A DNA stretch of 64,000 nt from assembly GCF_058153355.1 (NCBI RefSeq), contig NZ_CM177019.1. One strand, 5' to 3'. Every line of letters begins with the position of its first letter. Position 1 is the first letter of the stretch. The translations under genes were made by a program, and so were the position numbers. Below are positions 10,315-17,764 of this stretch, in pieces. The notes below the pieces were generated by a model, which worked only from the letters and a program-made list of their open reading frames with translations, did no database searches and was not told the DNA's origin.

Positions 10315-12306
10315 TTACTCAAGCAAGGTTAATAATTGTTCGCAAAGCAAAACGCAGTTATTCATTGCTTCTCCCCGTGCCTCGCCTTCTGTATTACGAA
10401 ATTGTCCCAACACATGTGCCAGCCGATAAAAACCCATCGCGGTGAGTTCATTGACCAGCAACTCTGACTGACTAATGGCACTCTGTTCCTGATAGCGCCA
10501 GCCATTATGGAGCAGTTGAATAAGCAACGCCTGACAGCGCATCAGTAACTGATGAGTGGTAGACGGTACAGGCAGAACGCTGGCAGAAGGTAGCGGTGCC
10601 ACAGGCGCAGTTTCTGCGTCCAGCGCCCAGGCGCGGGTTTTTGTCATCATCACCCGTGGTTCCAGTGTCAATTGCCCCTCTACAAAACTGACAAAGCCAG
10701 AAACCAGACTCACGGGGTCGTCTGTTTGTTGTAACAGAGCTGCCATGCGTTCAACGGCAAAAGGAGAACAGGCAGATGCCGGAAGGGATAACGTCAGCAC
10801 ATTATCGTCACCTTCGCCACTGATTACCTGCGCATCCAGTGTCTGCCGACTGCTGTCCCAACCGAGTGAAATGCACTCTTCTACTGGCAGAATAAATAAG
10901 TTATCGACCTGGTTAAGCTGTCGTATGGCGGCTGGCGGACGTTGGCGTAAATATTCCCGCAAAGCCACAATGCCCGGCTGGCGCAGTGGTGCGCTCAACA
11001 TTTGCCAGGCATCAGGCGACAGCGGAACAACACTGCTTAAGCGGTTGCGGGTAGCTAATAGCAACTCGCCATCAGCACTGCGTTTTGCTGCTTGTGAAAC
11101 AATTTGCCCACCCGCCAGCGCGCCAGCCTGAAAACTAAACAGCCGCCGTTTTGCCGCTGGAGAGTTATCCTGTTCACTTCTCGGCCAACTGCGCGAAAGA
11201 TGCAAAATACTGCCGGTGTCGGGATCGGTGAACCAGATGCGTAAACCATACCGCTCATTATCCTGCCAGCAACGCATACCTAGTGACACCAGCCGCAAAT
11301 GATCAAGCTTTGCTTCGCCAGCAATGCCTGCGCCAATGACCGTGCGCCACGGTATGGGCGGTACTTCACCGACACTGTCACGTCGCGCCATCTCTTGTGC
11401 ACTGTTCAAGCGACTGGTTAACGCCGCAAGCTGGCACAAGCATTTTCCGGCATGATAGTAGCTGGCGCGGGCGTGGAAGGCATCAACGCTTGCCCGTAGC
11501 TGTCGTAGTGATTCACTTACCCAACGCCAGTTGCAGCGTTCCGCCGCTTGCTGCGCGCGGCTGAAAGCGGCCTCGTAGTGGATTGACGGTTGGCTGATGC
11601 CTCCCAGCCATAATGCCTGACTTAATTGCTGAACATATTGACGACATGCTTTACCTTCGTCGCTGGAAAACGGATCGTCAGATGATGTGACGTGTTCACT
11701 GTGCATCTGCCAGATCAAATGAGTAAATTCTGCTTGTTGATTTTTGGCCTCGACGAAGGCCTGCACAGCCAGTGCTACGTGTTCACACAGCGTTCCTTCA
11801 ATACAATCACAACGGGCGAAACGAATGCTGCTGCGGGAATAAAAACGCACATCGCTCATCGGTAAGCGGGCAGAGGGAATTTCGCCCGGCGTGCAGAACA
11901 ACTCAATGGTGATGCCTTTAGCGACCAGCGCCTGCGCGCGTTTGCGCGTGGTATTGGGCAGGGTAGCCAGTTCTTCCTGCCAGATTGCCGGATCCCACTC
12001 TTCTTCTTTTTCCGTAGGCTGGGCGGTGGCACAAAGTCGTTGATAACTTAACACCAGCATCACGCGATGACGGCACATGCCGCTGGCCCCGCAGCTGCAT
12101 TGAGCCTCTTTCAGTGCCTGACTGTTCGCCAGCCGGGTACGGACACCGTCACTGAACGTGGCGATTAAAGCGCCGTTCTCATGGCAGATTTCCGGGACAT
12201 TGCCATTTTCCAGTTCCTTAAGGCTGCGCTTCACAAAACCAGCATTGCTTAACGCCGTCAGGGCCTGCGGTGTCAGTTCTAATAATTCCGGACGTAGTGA
12301 ATTCAT
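10315..12306 (-). CDS. yehQ: SWIM zinc-finger protein YehQ with two CxC…CxH motifs
   Basis: The ATG at 12306 overlaps the yehP TGA (ATGA). The SWIM signatures are CSCGASGMCRH and CDCIEGTLCEH. The track ORF extends upstream to 12411 inside yehP, and I treat that as a spurious extension. Confidence 0.8.
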   Translation of the reverse strand: MNSLRPELLELTPQALTALSNAGFVKRSLKELENGNVPEICHENGALIATFSDGVRTRLANSQALKEAQCSCGASGMCRHRVMLVLSYQRLCATAQPTEKEEEWDPAIWQEELATLPNTTRKRAQALVAKGITIELFCTPGEIPSARLPMSDVRFYSRSSIRFARCDCIEGTLCEHVALAVQAFVEAKNQQAEFTHLIWQMHSEHVTSSDDPFSSDEGKACRQYVQQLSQALWLGGISQPSIHYEAAFSRAQQAAERCNWRWVSESLRQLRASVDAFHARASYYHAGKCLCQLAALTSRLNSAQEMARRDSVGEVPPIPWRTVIGAGIAGEAKLDHLRLVSLGMRCWQDNERYGLRIWFTDPDTGSILHLSRSWPRSEQDNSPAAKRRLFSFQAGALAGGQIVSQAAKRSADGELLLATRNRLSSVVPLSPDAWQMLSAPLRQPGIVALREYLRQRPPAAIRQLNQVDNLFILPVEECISLGWDSSRQTLDAQVISGEGDDNVLTLSLPASACSPFAVERMAALLQQTDDPVSLVSGFVSFVEGQLTLEPRVMMTKTRAWALDAETAPVAPLPSASVLPVPSTTHQLLMRCQALLIQLLHNGWRYQEQSAISQSELLVNELTAMGFYRLAHVLGQFRNTEGEARGEAMNNCVLLCEQLLTLLE

Positions 12307-13439
12307 GACTGAAGATTCTCCGCAAGCCAGGTAGCCAGTTCGCCCGGCGTCATTGCGGCTATTTGTGCGCCGACATTTACCAGCGCCTGGGCTGTATCGC
12401 GGTCGTAGCAAGGTGTTGCGGTGCTATCGAGCGCTGCCAGTCCCAGCACTTTGATGCCGCTCTGGACACACTTTTTCACCTGATGCGTCAGCAATGATGA
12501 TGAACCCCCTTCATAAAAATCGCTCACGAGGATGATGACGCTTTTCGCTGGTTGTTCAATAAGTTGCCGACCATATTCCACGGCGCTGGCGATATTGGTC
12601 CCGCCATCCAGCTGTACTTTCATTAATAACTCTACCGGATCGGCAACGTCTGCCGTGAGATCGACGACGCTTGTGTCAAAAGCGACCAGATGGGTGCGGA
12701 TACCGGGTAACTGCCATAAACAGGCCGCCATCACCGCTGAGTGGATCACCGAATCGACCATTGAGCCGCTTTGATCAACCAGTAACACCAGCTGCCATTG
12801 TTCGCTATGGCGTTTAATTCGGCTGTTAAAGCGGGGGGATTCGATATACAACTTGCCGTGTTGCGGGTGCCAGTGTTGCAGGTTGGCGCGCAGAGTACTT
12901 TTGAAATCGAAATTACGTGCCAGTGGAATAAATGAGCGGCGACGGCGATCGCGGACACCTGAAAAAGCCTGACGAACTTCCTTTGCCAGTCGCGCCATAA
13001 TTTCTTCAACAACCTGGCGCACTATCCGGCGGGCGGCAGCCAGCACTTCGGGATTCATCAGATGTTTGGTGTGCAAAACGGCGCGTAGCAGGCTTTCAGA
13101 AGGCTGCATACGCTCCAGCACGTCGAGATTCGTCACCACATCTTCAATGCCGTAGCGCAGTACGGCATCGCTTTCCAGCCGCTCAATCACCCGTTGCGGA
13201 AATAGTGTGTGAATACTGTTGATCCACTCAGGGGTGGTGAGATTTGAGTCACCTAATCCACCGGAGCGTTCACCACGCTGGAGCCGTTCAGGATCGCGCC
13301 CATACAGCCACTCCAGCGCGTGGTCTATCTGCCGGGCATTGTCATCCAGCCCACAAAGCGTCGTTTCTGCCGCTTCGCCAAGAATTAATCGCCAGCGTTG
13401 TAGCTCACGAGTGGTCAGAAGATCGTTCAGTTCAGACAT
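12303..13439 (-). CDS. yehP: von Willebrand factor A (VWA) domain protein YehP
   Basis: The ATG at 13439 (MSELNDLLTTREL…) overlaps the yehM end by 8 nt. MIDAS-like residues are LLVDQSGSM … GGTNIASA … LVSDFYEG. Length is 378 aa. Confidence 0.85.
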   Translation of the reverse strand: MSELNDLLTTRELQRWRLILGEAAETTLCGLDDNARQIDHALEWLYGRDPERLQRGERSGGLGDSNLTTPEWINSIHTLFPQRVIERLESDAVLRYGIEDVVTNLDVLERMQPSESLLRAVLHTKHLMNPEVLAAARRIVRQVVEEIMARLAKEVRQAFSGVRDRRRRSFIPLARNFDFKSTLRANLQHWHPQHGKLYIESPRFNSRIKRHSEQWQLVLLVDQSGSMVDSVIHSAVMAACLWQLPGIRTHLVAFDTSVVDLTADVADPVELLMKVQLDGGTNIASAVEYGRQLIEQPAKSVIILVSDFYEGGSSSLLTHQVKKCVQSGIKVLGLAALDSTATPCYDRDTAQALVNVGAQIAAMTPGELATWLAENLQS

Positions 13440-15711
13440 GGAAAACTCCCCAGTGTTGCAGTGATGCCAGTGCCTGCTGTTCGAGTTGTTGATGATGTGC
13501 AATGGCTTGCGGTGGACAATGCAACGGCATTTGCAGCGCTGAAACGGGAAGCTGTGCGAGCTGGTAATGCTCAAGCACCTGATGCGCCAGCGTCCCGCGT
13601 TCTCGTGGTGGTAGCCAGGCCATCGCCGCGCGTAAATCGGGCAGGGCGTTAATAAAATCGTCGTCACTCAGTTGATTTAAATGACTACTGAAACCGGCGA
13701 TAAATGCCGGCTGACAGGCCAGTTGATGGCGGGCCAGCGCCAGCAAACCGTGCAGCGCCTCGCCAGATTGTGCCGGGGATAATTGTGCCAGCATCGTCAG
13801 CGCCGCTTCGGCACTGGCGTTGGGATGTTCCAGACGCATCAGCGCGCCAAGGGCCGCACCGCGATCCAGCGCTGGGGCATGAATCGCCTGACTGCGACGT
13901 TCCAGTAAGGCTACCGCCGCAGAAAGCGAAACGCCGGGTAAATTAACGCCGCTATTTAGATCGCGCAGGATATGGCAAAGCGCCTGCCAGCTATGCAGGT
14001 GAGCGTGAAACTCCTTCTCATCCGGCCTGCCGTTGGATTCACATAGCCACAGTGTGCGATCGATAGCCGCGTATAACGTCGTCTGTAATATCTGCGCGCC
14101 TTGCATACCGCTGATTTCATCGAGCTGCCACAAGGCGTAAAGCACTTCCAGCGCCTGGCCCATTTCGGCAAACTGATTTTCCTTGGCGATTAATAATGTG
14201 AGTTGTTCCAGTAATTGCTGACTGAAGGACGCCAGACCCGCTAACGCGGCCTGGCTAAGACATGTGGTGATGCCGCTGATTCCACCCGCGTCCAGCATAT
14301 CGGCTTCTAATTTATTGCGTGCGGCCTCCTGGAGTGTGGCACCAAAGCAGGCGGCTTCAATCAATGCCGCATGTTGGCTAAGTGGCTGGGTTAATGTCCA
14401 GCGTTCTTCACCGTTGCCCGCCAGCGTCAGTGTACTTCCTTGCTCGCGCACAATGCCGGGAATCTCCAGTATTACCAACTGATGTAGCACCTGACTTTGC
14501 GCCAGTCCATCGGGGGTAAAGCGATTTAAGGTAAGCTCCGCCGGAAGAGAGATTCCGGTACGTTCCAGTTCGTAGGTGACATCTTTTGGCAGAGGTGGCT
14601 GTGGCGTCGAGGGGGCAAGTTTACCGAATCCGTCACCTGCTAATGTGTCTATCAACGTTACCAGTATCGGATCGGTATCGGGATGAATAACGTCGCGATA
14701 GCTCCACGGCAACGGCGCATTCAAGGCTTCTTTAATCAGCGAGCCTGCTATGGCATCCAGCCAGTCAGTGCGTAACGGTAGTGTATGACCGCGCAACTGT
14801 GCCAGCGCCATCGCATGTAAATGAGCGGCAGCCATATCCGCGGTTGAAGCAGGCAATTTGTGCTGGCGCAAACGGGTAAGAACCGTTTTTAGTAGTTGTT
14901 CACCTGCCTGCTGCAAGCCCCACCGCCAGCACCAGTTTTGCCAGACCGGGGCAGGCATTCCTGAAAGGTATCCTGCCAGCACATCAAGGCGCTTTTCACT
15001 GTATGGCGTGAGATAGCAACCTGTAACGGCATCATCCTGTGAGAGCAATTCTGGCTTGTTAATTTCTTGCGGGCATTCGCGCCACATTTTTGCCAGTGCC
15101 GGAGCGTGCCAGCCTCCGCAGACGACTAATACGTCGCCATTATTTTGCTGCATCGCCCATGCAATCCAGCGGGCCATAAAGGCTTCGCGCTGACGATTGA
15201 GTGCATCGCCGGAGGCGTCGCCCCGCAGTTGTGCAAAATAGTGCGCCAGTGCAGAGGGTAATATAGTTTGCTGGCTTTCATCTTCGAACAAGTGATCCCA
15301 CAAGGTGTCGCTGTTATCCATGCGGGTGGCACGCAGCAGAAAGGCCTGGCTTTCCTCTTGCATATCAGGCGAATCATCCTCTTCTTCACTTTGTGCCCAG
15401 CAAGGCAAATCGATGAAGTAAGTTTGTGCCTGAATACGACGTGCGGCTTGTAGCGCCTGCCACTCCGGCGAAAATTCAGCAAATGGCGTCCAGGCACCAC
15501 GCCCGGGGGCCGCACCGTCCTGATACTGGCAATAACTGTAAATAGCTACCGGAAGCTGGTGGGCTAACAACAGTTCGTCTACCCGGTCATTAAAATCAGC
15601 CGGGCCTTCAATCAACACGTATCGTGGCCGCTGGCTTTCGATTAACGATTTCACCAGCCGGGCGCAGGCCGGACTATGATGCCGGATGCCGACAATTAAC
15701 GGCTCGCTCAT
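13432..15711 (-). CDS. yehM: 759-aa uncharacterised protein YehM (DUF5682-like, largely helical)
   Basis: The ATG at 15711 (MSEPLIVGIRHHSPACARL…) lies 10 nt after the yehL stop and is preceded by GAGGAAA. I recognise no catalytic motif. Confidence 0.8.
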   Translation of the reverse strand: MSEPLIVGIRHHSPACARLVKSLIESQRPRYVLIEGPADFNDRVDELLLAHQLPVAIYSYCQYQDGAAPGRGAWTPFAEFSPEWQALQAARRIQAQTYFIDLPCWAQSEEEDDSPDMQEESQAFLLRATRMDNSDTLWDHLFEDESQQTILPSALAHYFAQLRGDASGDALNRQREAFMARWIAWAMQQNNGDVLVVCGGWHAPALAKMWRECPQEINKPELLSQDDAVTGCYLTPYSEKRLDVLAGYLSGMPAPVWQNWCWRWGLQQAGEQLLKTVLTRLRQHKLPASTADMAAAHLHAMALAQLRGHTLPLRTDWLDAIAGSLIKEALNAPLPWSYRDVIHPDTDPILVTLIDTLAGDGFGKLAPSTPQPPLPKDVTYELERTGISLPAELTLNRFTPDGLAQSQVLHQLVILEIPGIVREQGSTLTLAGNGEERWTLTQPLSQHAALIEAACFGATLQEAARNKLEADMLDAGGISGITTCLSQAALAGLASFSQQLLEQLTLLIAKENQFAEMGQALEVLYALWQLDEISGMQGAQILQTTLYAAIDRTLWLCESNGRPDEKEFHAHLHSWQALCHILRDLNSGVNLPGVSLSAAVALLERRSQAIHAPALDRGAALGALMRLEHPNASAEAALTMLAQLSPAQSGEALHGLLALARHQLACQPAFIAGFSSHLNQLSDDDFINALPDLRAAMAWLPPRERGTLAHQVLEHYQLAQLPVSALQMPLHCPPQAIAHHQQLEQQALASLQHWGVFHV

Positions 15712-15721
15712 GCATCTTTCC

Positions 15722-16810
15722 TCACGGCAGGCGGTGGCGAGCTTGATAATAAGCCTGCCAGTGAGCTTCTTTATGTGTAGCGACACGTTGTTCGAAGTAA
15801 CGGCGCAGACGTGCGCGATCTTCTTCGTTATCTTTGACGATGGTTCCGGCAATACAGTCCACCAGGTCGGCTGGCTCCCCCGCGCGATTCGCTAAAAACC
15901 AGGCGCGGACGCCCACGGCGTGGGCCACGTTAACGGCTTCAGCGGTGGACATAATCGCTGTAAGGGTATCCATTGACGTTTTCTTTTCGCCGTTGGCACG
16001 CAGATCGCGGAAGGTGCGTACCAGTAACTCAAGTACCGCGTCAGGCACTTTATGCGGAATACCGCTATGGGCCAACAAACGCGCCGAAGCACTGGCGACC
16101 AGTTCCAGCTCCTGGGCGAAATCCATAATCGGAAAAACCGTTTCAAAATCGAATCGGCGTTTTAGTGCCGCGCTCATTTCATTAACGCCGCGATCGCGGG
16201 TATTGGCGGTGACAATAATATTAAAGCCTTCCCGCGCATAGAGCTGACTGGCTTCACCAGTGAGTTCCGGCACCGTCATAACCCTGTCAGAAAGCATACC
16301 TAACAGACAGTCTTGTACTTCCAGTGGTGTACGCGTTATCTCTTCAAAACGGACAATTTTGCCGTCGCGCATTCCCTGGTAGAGCGGGGCAGGGACCAGC
16401 GCTTCCGTTGACGGACCATGATTAATAAGCAGGGCGTAGTTCCAGCCGTACTTGATTTGATCTTCGGTGGTAGATGCGCCGCCCTGGATAGTTAACCCAG
16501 CATCGCCGCTAATAGCGGTTGCCAGTAATTCAGACAGGAGAGATTTTGCGGTGCCAGGTTCCCCCACCAACATCAAACCGCGCCCGGTAGCAAGAGTGAC
16601 TAACATGCGTTCGACAGCGGAGGGACTAATCACGACTTTACGGCTGATATTTTGCGCGCTATCGCCAAGAATAAAAGAACGGGCCGCAGGCAAACTTAAC
16701 TGCCAACCGGGCGGGCAAGGTGCGTTATCATTTTGCTTTAATTTTGCCAGTTCATCGGCGTATAACACAGCGGCAGGCGGACGCTGCAGATGATTATTCT
16801 GCGGTGACAT
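15722..16810 (-). CDS. yehL: MoxR-class AAA+ ATPase YehL
   Basis: Contains Walker A LMLVGEPGTAKS and a MoxR-like C-terminal segment of the AAA core (VTANTRDRGVNEMSAALKRRFDF). Length is 362 aa. Confidence 0.88.
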   Translation of the reverse strand: MSPQNNHLQRPPAAVLYADELAKLKQNDNAPCPPGWQLSLPAARSFILGDSAQNISRKVVISPSAVERMLVTLATGRGLMLVGEPGTAKSLLSELLATAISGDAGLTIQGGASTTEDQIKYGWNYALLINHGPSTEALVPAPLYQGMRDGKIVRFEEITRTPLEVQDCLLGMLSDRVMTVPELTGEASQLYAREGFNIIVTANTRDRGVNEMSAALKRRFDFETVFPIMDFAQELELVASASARLLAHSGIPHKVPDAVLELLVRTFRDLRANGEKKTSMDTLTAIMSTAEAVNVAHAVGVRAWFLANRAGEPADLVDCIAGTIVKDNEEDRARLRRYFEQRVATHKEAHWQAYYQARHRLP

Positions 16811-16921
16811 ATATTCATCCCTGAAATGTATTAATCAAATAAACGATATTTTACGCGCAATAAATGTTTGGCGCATTAGTTGTTTGAGCGGAAAATATCT
16901 GGAAAGCAGATCACAGTAAAT

Positions 16922-17002
16922 AAAAAAACCTGCTGGTGAGGCAGGTTCTTTTATTTACTACTTTGACGATAACTTGCTGATTGTGCAACATTTCGTACCA
17001 AC
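16922..17002 (-). ncRNA. orzO: Orz-like antitoxin sRNA (predicted ~81 nt)
   Basis: Minus-strand promoter: TTGCAA (17037-17032), 17-nt spacer, TATAAT (17014-17009). The predicted start is the G at 17002. The first 18 nt (complement of 16985-17002) pair with 17151-17168 of the zorO leader. The RNA ends at a stem aacctgc/gcaggtt followed by a U7 tract (16922-16947). Confidence 0.65.
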
Positions 17003-17008
17003 GAATGA

Positions 17009-17059
17009 ATTATAACCATATCCACATCCCGTTGCAATTCACTAAGCGAGATTTATAAT
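17009..17059. promoter_or_regulatory. back-to-back promoters of orz (-) and zor (+) sharing one palindromic -35 hexamer
   Basis: TTGCAA at 17032-17037 is its own reverse complement. A TATAAT lies 16 nt downstream on the plus strand (17054-17059) and another 17 nt downstream on the minus strand (17014-17009). Confidence 0.6.
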
Positions 17060-17150
17060 CGTGCCCGTTGGGAGGTTGTGCCGGATTGAACCAATTTCAA
17101 GTCCTGGCTGCCGGACGGGGGGTGCCGCAGGTGGTGCCCTGATCCGGAGA

Positions 17151-17168
17151 GCAACGTTTCGTACCAAC
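17151..17168 (+). promoter_or_regulatory. predicted Orz pairing site in the zorO 5' UTR
   Basis: gcaacGtttcgtaccaac is a direct repeat of gcaacAtttcgtaccaac (16985-17002). An RNA made from the opposite strand of the upstream copy pairs over 18 nt with one G-U wobble. Confidence 0.6.
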
Positions 17169-17240
17169 ATACGTAAACCAGTATCGACAGGCAGTGTAAG
17201 GGTAAGGTGCTGGTGTTGCGCTCCTTAATAAGGAGAGCGG

Positions 17241-17330
17241 ATGGACACGCTGACACAAAAGTCAACCGTGCTCATTGCCGTACTGGAGTTATTAGTGGCT
17301 CTGTTGCGGTTGATTGATTTGTTGAAGTAA
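17241..17330 (+). CDS. zorO: 29-aa hydrophobic type I toxin, ZorO-like
   Basis: Manual translation gives MDTLTQKSTVLIAVLELLVALLRLIDLLK*. A strong SD (AAGGAG) lies 5 nt upstream. The predicted leader is ~174 nt. The peptide is nearly identical to the EHEC ZorO peptide as I remember it. It is below the ORF-track cutoff. Confidence 0.7.
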   Translation: MDTLTQKSTVLIAVLELLVALLRLIDLLK

Positions 17331-17351
17331 CGGGCAAATTGAAACGCATCT

Positions 17352-17376
17352 AAGGGGGAATACCGTTTCCCCCTTT
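17352..17376. terminator. bidirectional hairpin between convergent zorO and yehK
   Basis: aagggggaa-taccgt-ttccccctt forms a 9-bp stem and is followed by ttaat on the plus strand. Confidence 0.5.
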
Positions 17377-17383
17377 AATAAAG

Positions 17384-17704
17384 CTATTTTTCTATTTGTT
17401 GGATGAATATATTTTGTAGTTCACGATTAAAAATTGCTATTACAGTTTTAGGTGATTCACCTCGTAATTTACGCTCATCAATAAATTCATCTCTTATATA
17501 AATCAACGCATCATTTATTAGCGGGTCGACATCTTCTCGATCACGTTGATGAAATGTTGGATGTAGCCGGAATCGCTCCAACCGGTAGACGGAACCAGTA
17601 AATAATTCAGAGCATTTATGGATCTCAAGTCTGAAGGAAAACGGATCTTCAGGTACAGGGACTTCATAATCATAAGTAGCGACCAGCTCTTTTTGCACGA
17701 TCAT
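17384..17704 (-). CDS. yehK: 106-aa uncharacterised protein YehK
   Basis: The ORF lies 60 nt downstream of yehI on the same strand. The sequence is recognised as YehK. I recognise no domain. Confidence 0.75.
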   Translation of the reverse strand: MIVQKELVATYDYEVPVPEDPFSFRLEIHKCSELFTGSVYRLERFRLHPTFHQRDREDVDPLINDALIYIRDEFIDERKLRGESPKTVIAIFNRELQNIFIQQIEK

Positions 17705-17764
17705 CGCTTTTCCCGGTGGTAAGTCGTGTTGATAACGGGCAGTCGCATCACTGCCCGCTGTGTT

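Noticed and set aside
12303-15852. Long N-terminal extensions of the yehP (454 aa) and yehM (806 aa) ORFs, and likewise yehQ (698 aa)
   Set aside because: The extensions overlap the preceding gene by 100-230 nt in another frame and translate to Cys/Arg/His-rich junk. Internal ATGs with SD or ATGA coupling give the sizes I recall for YehM (759 aa) and YehP (378 aa).
17053-17265. 70-aa minus-strand ORF
   Set aside because: It is antisense to the predicted zorO 5' UTR and start codon. The TA-locus interpretation (promoters, 18-nt repeat, terminators, SD plus 29-aa ORF) explains the region better.
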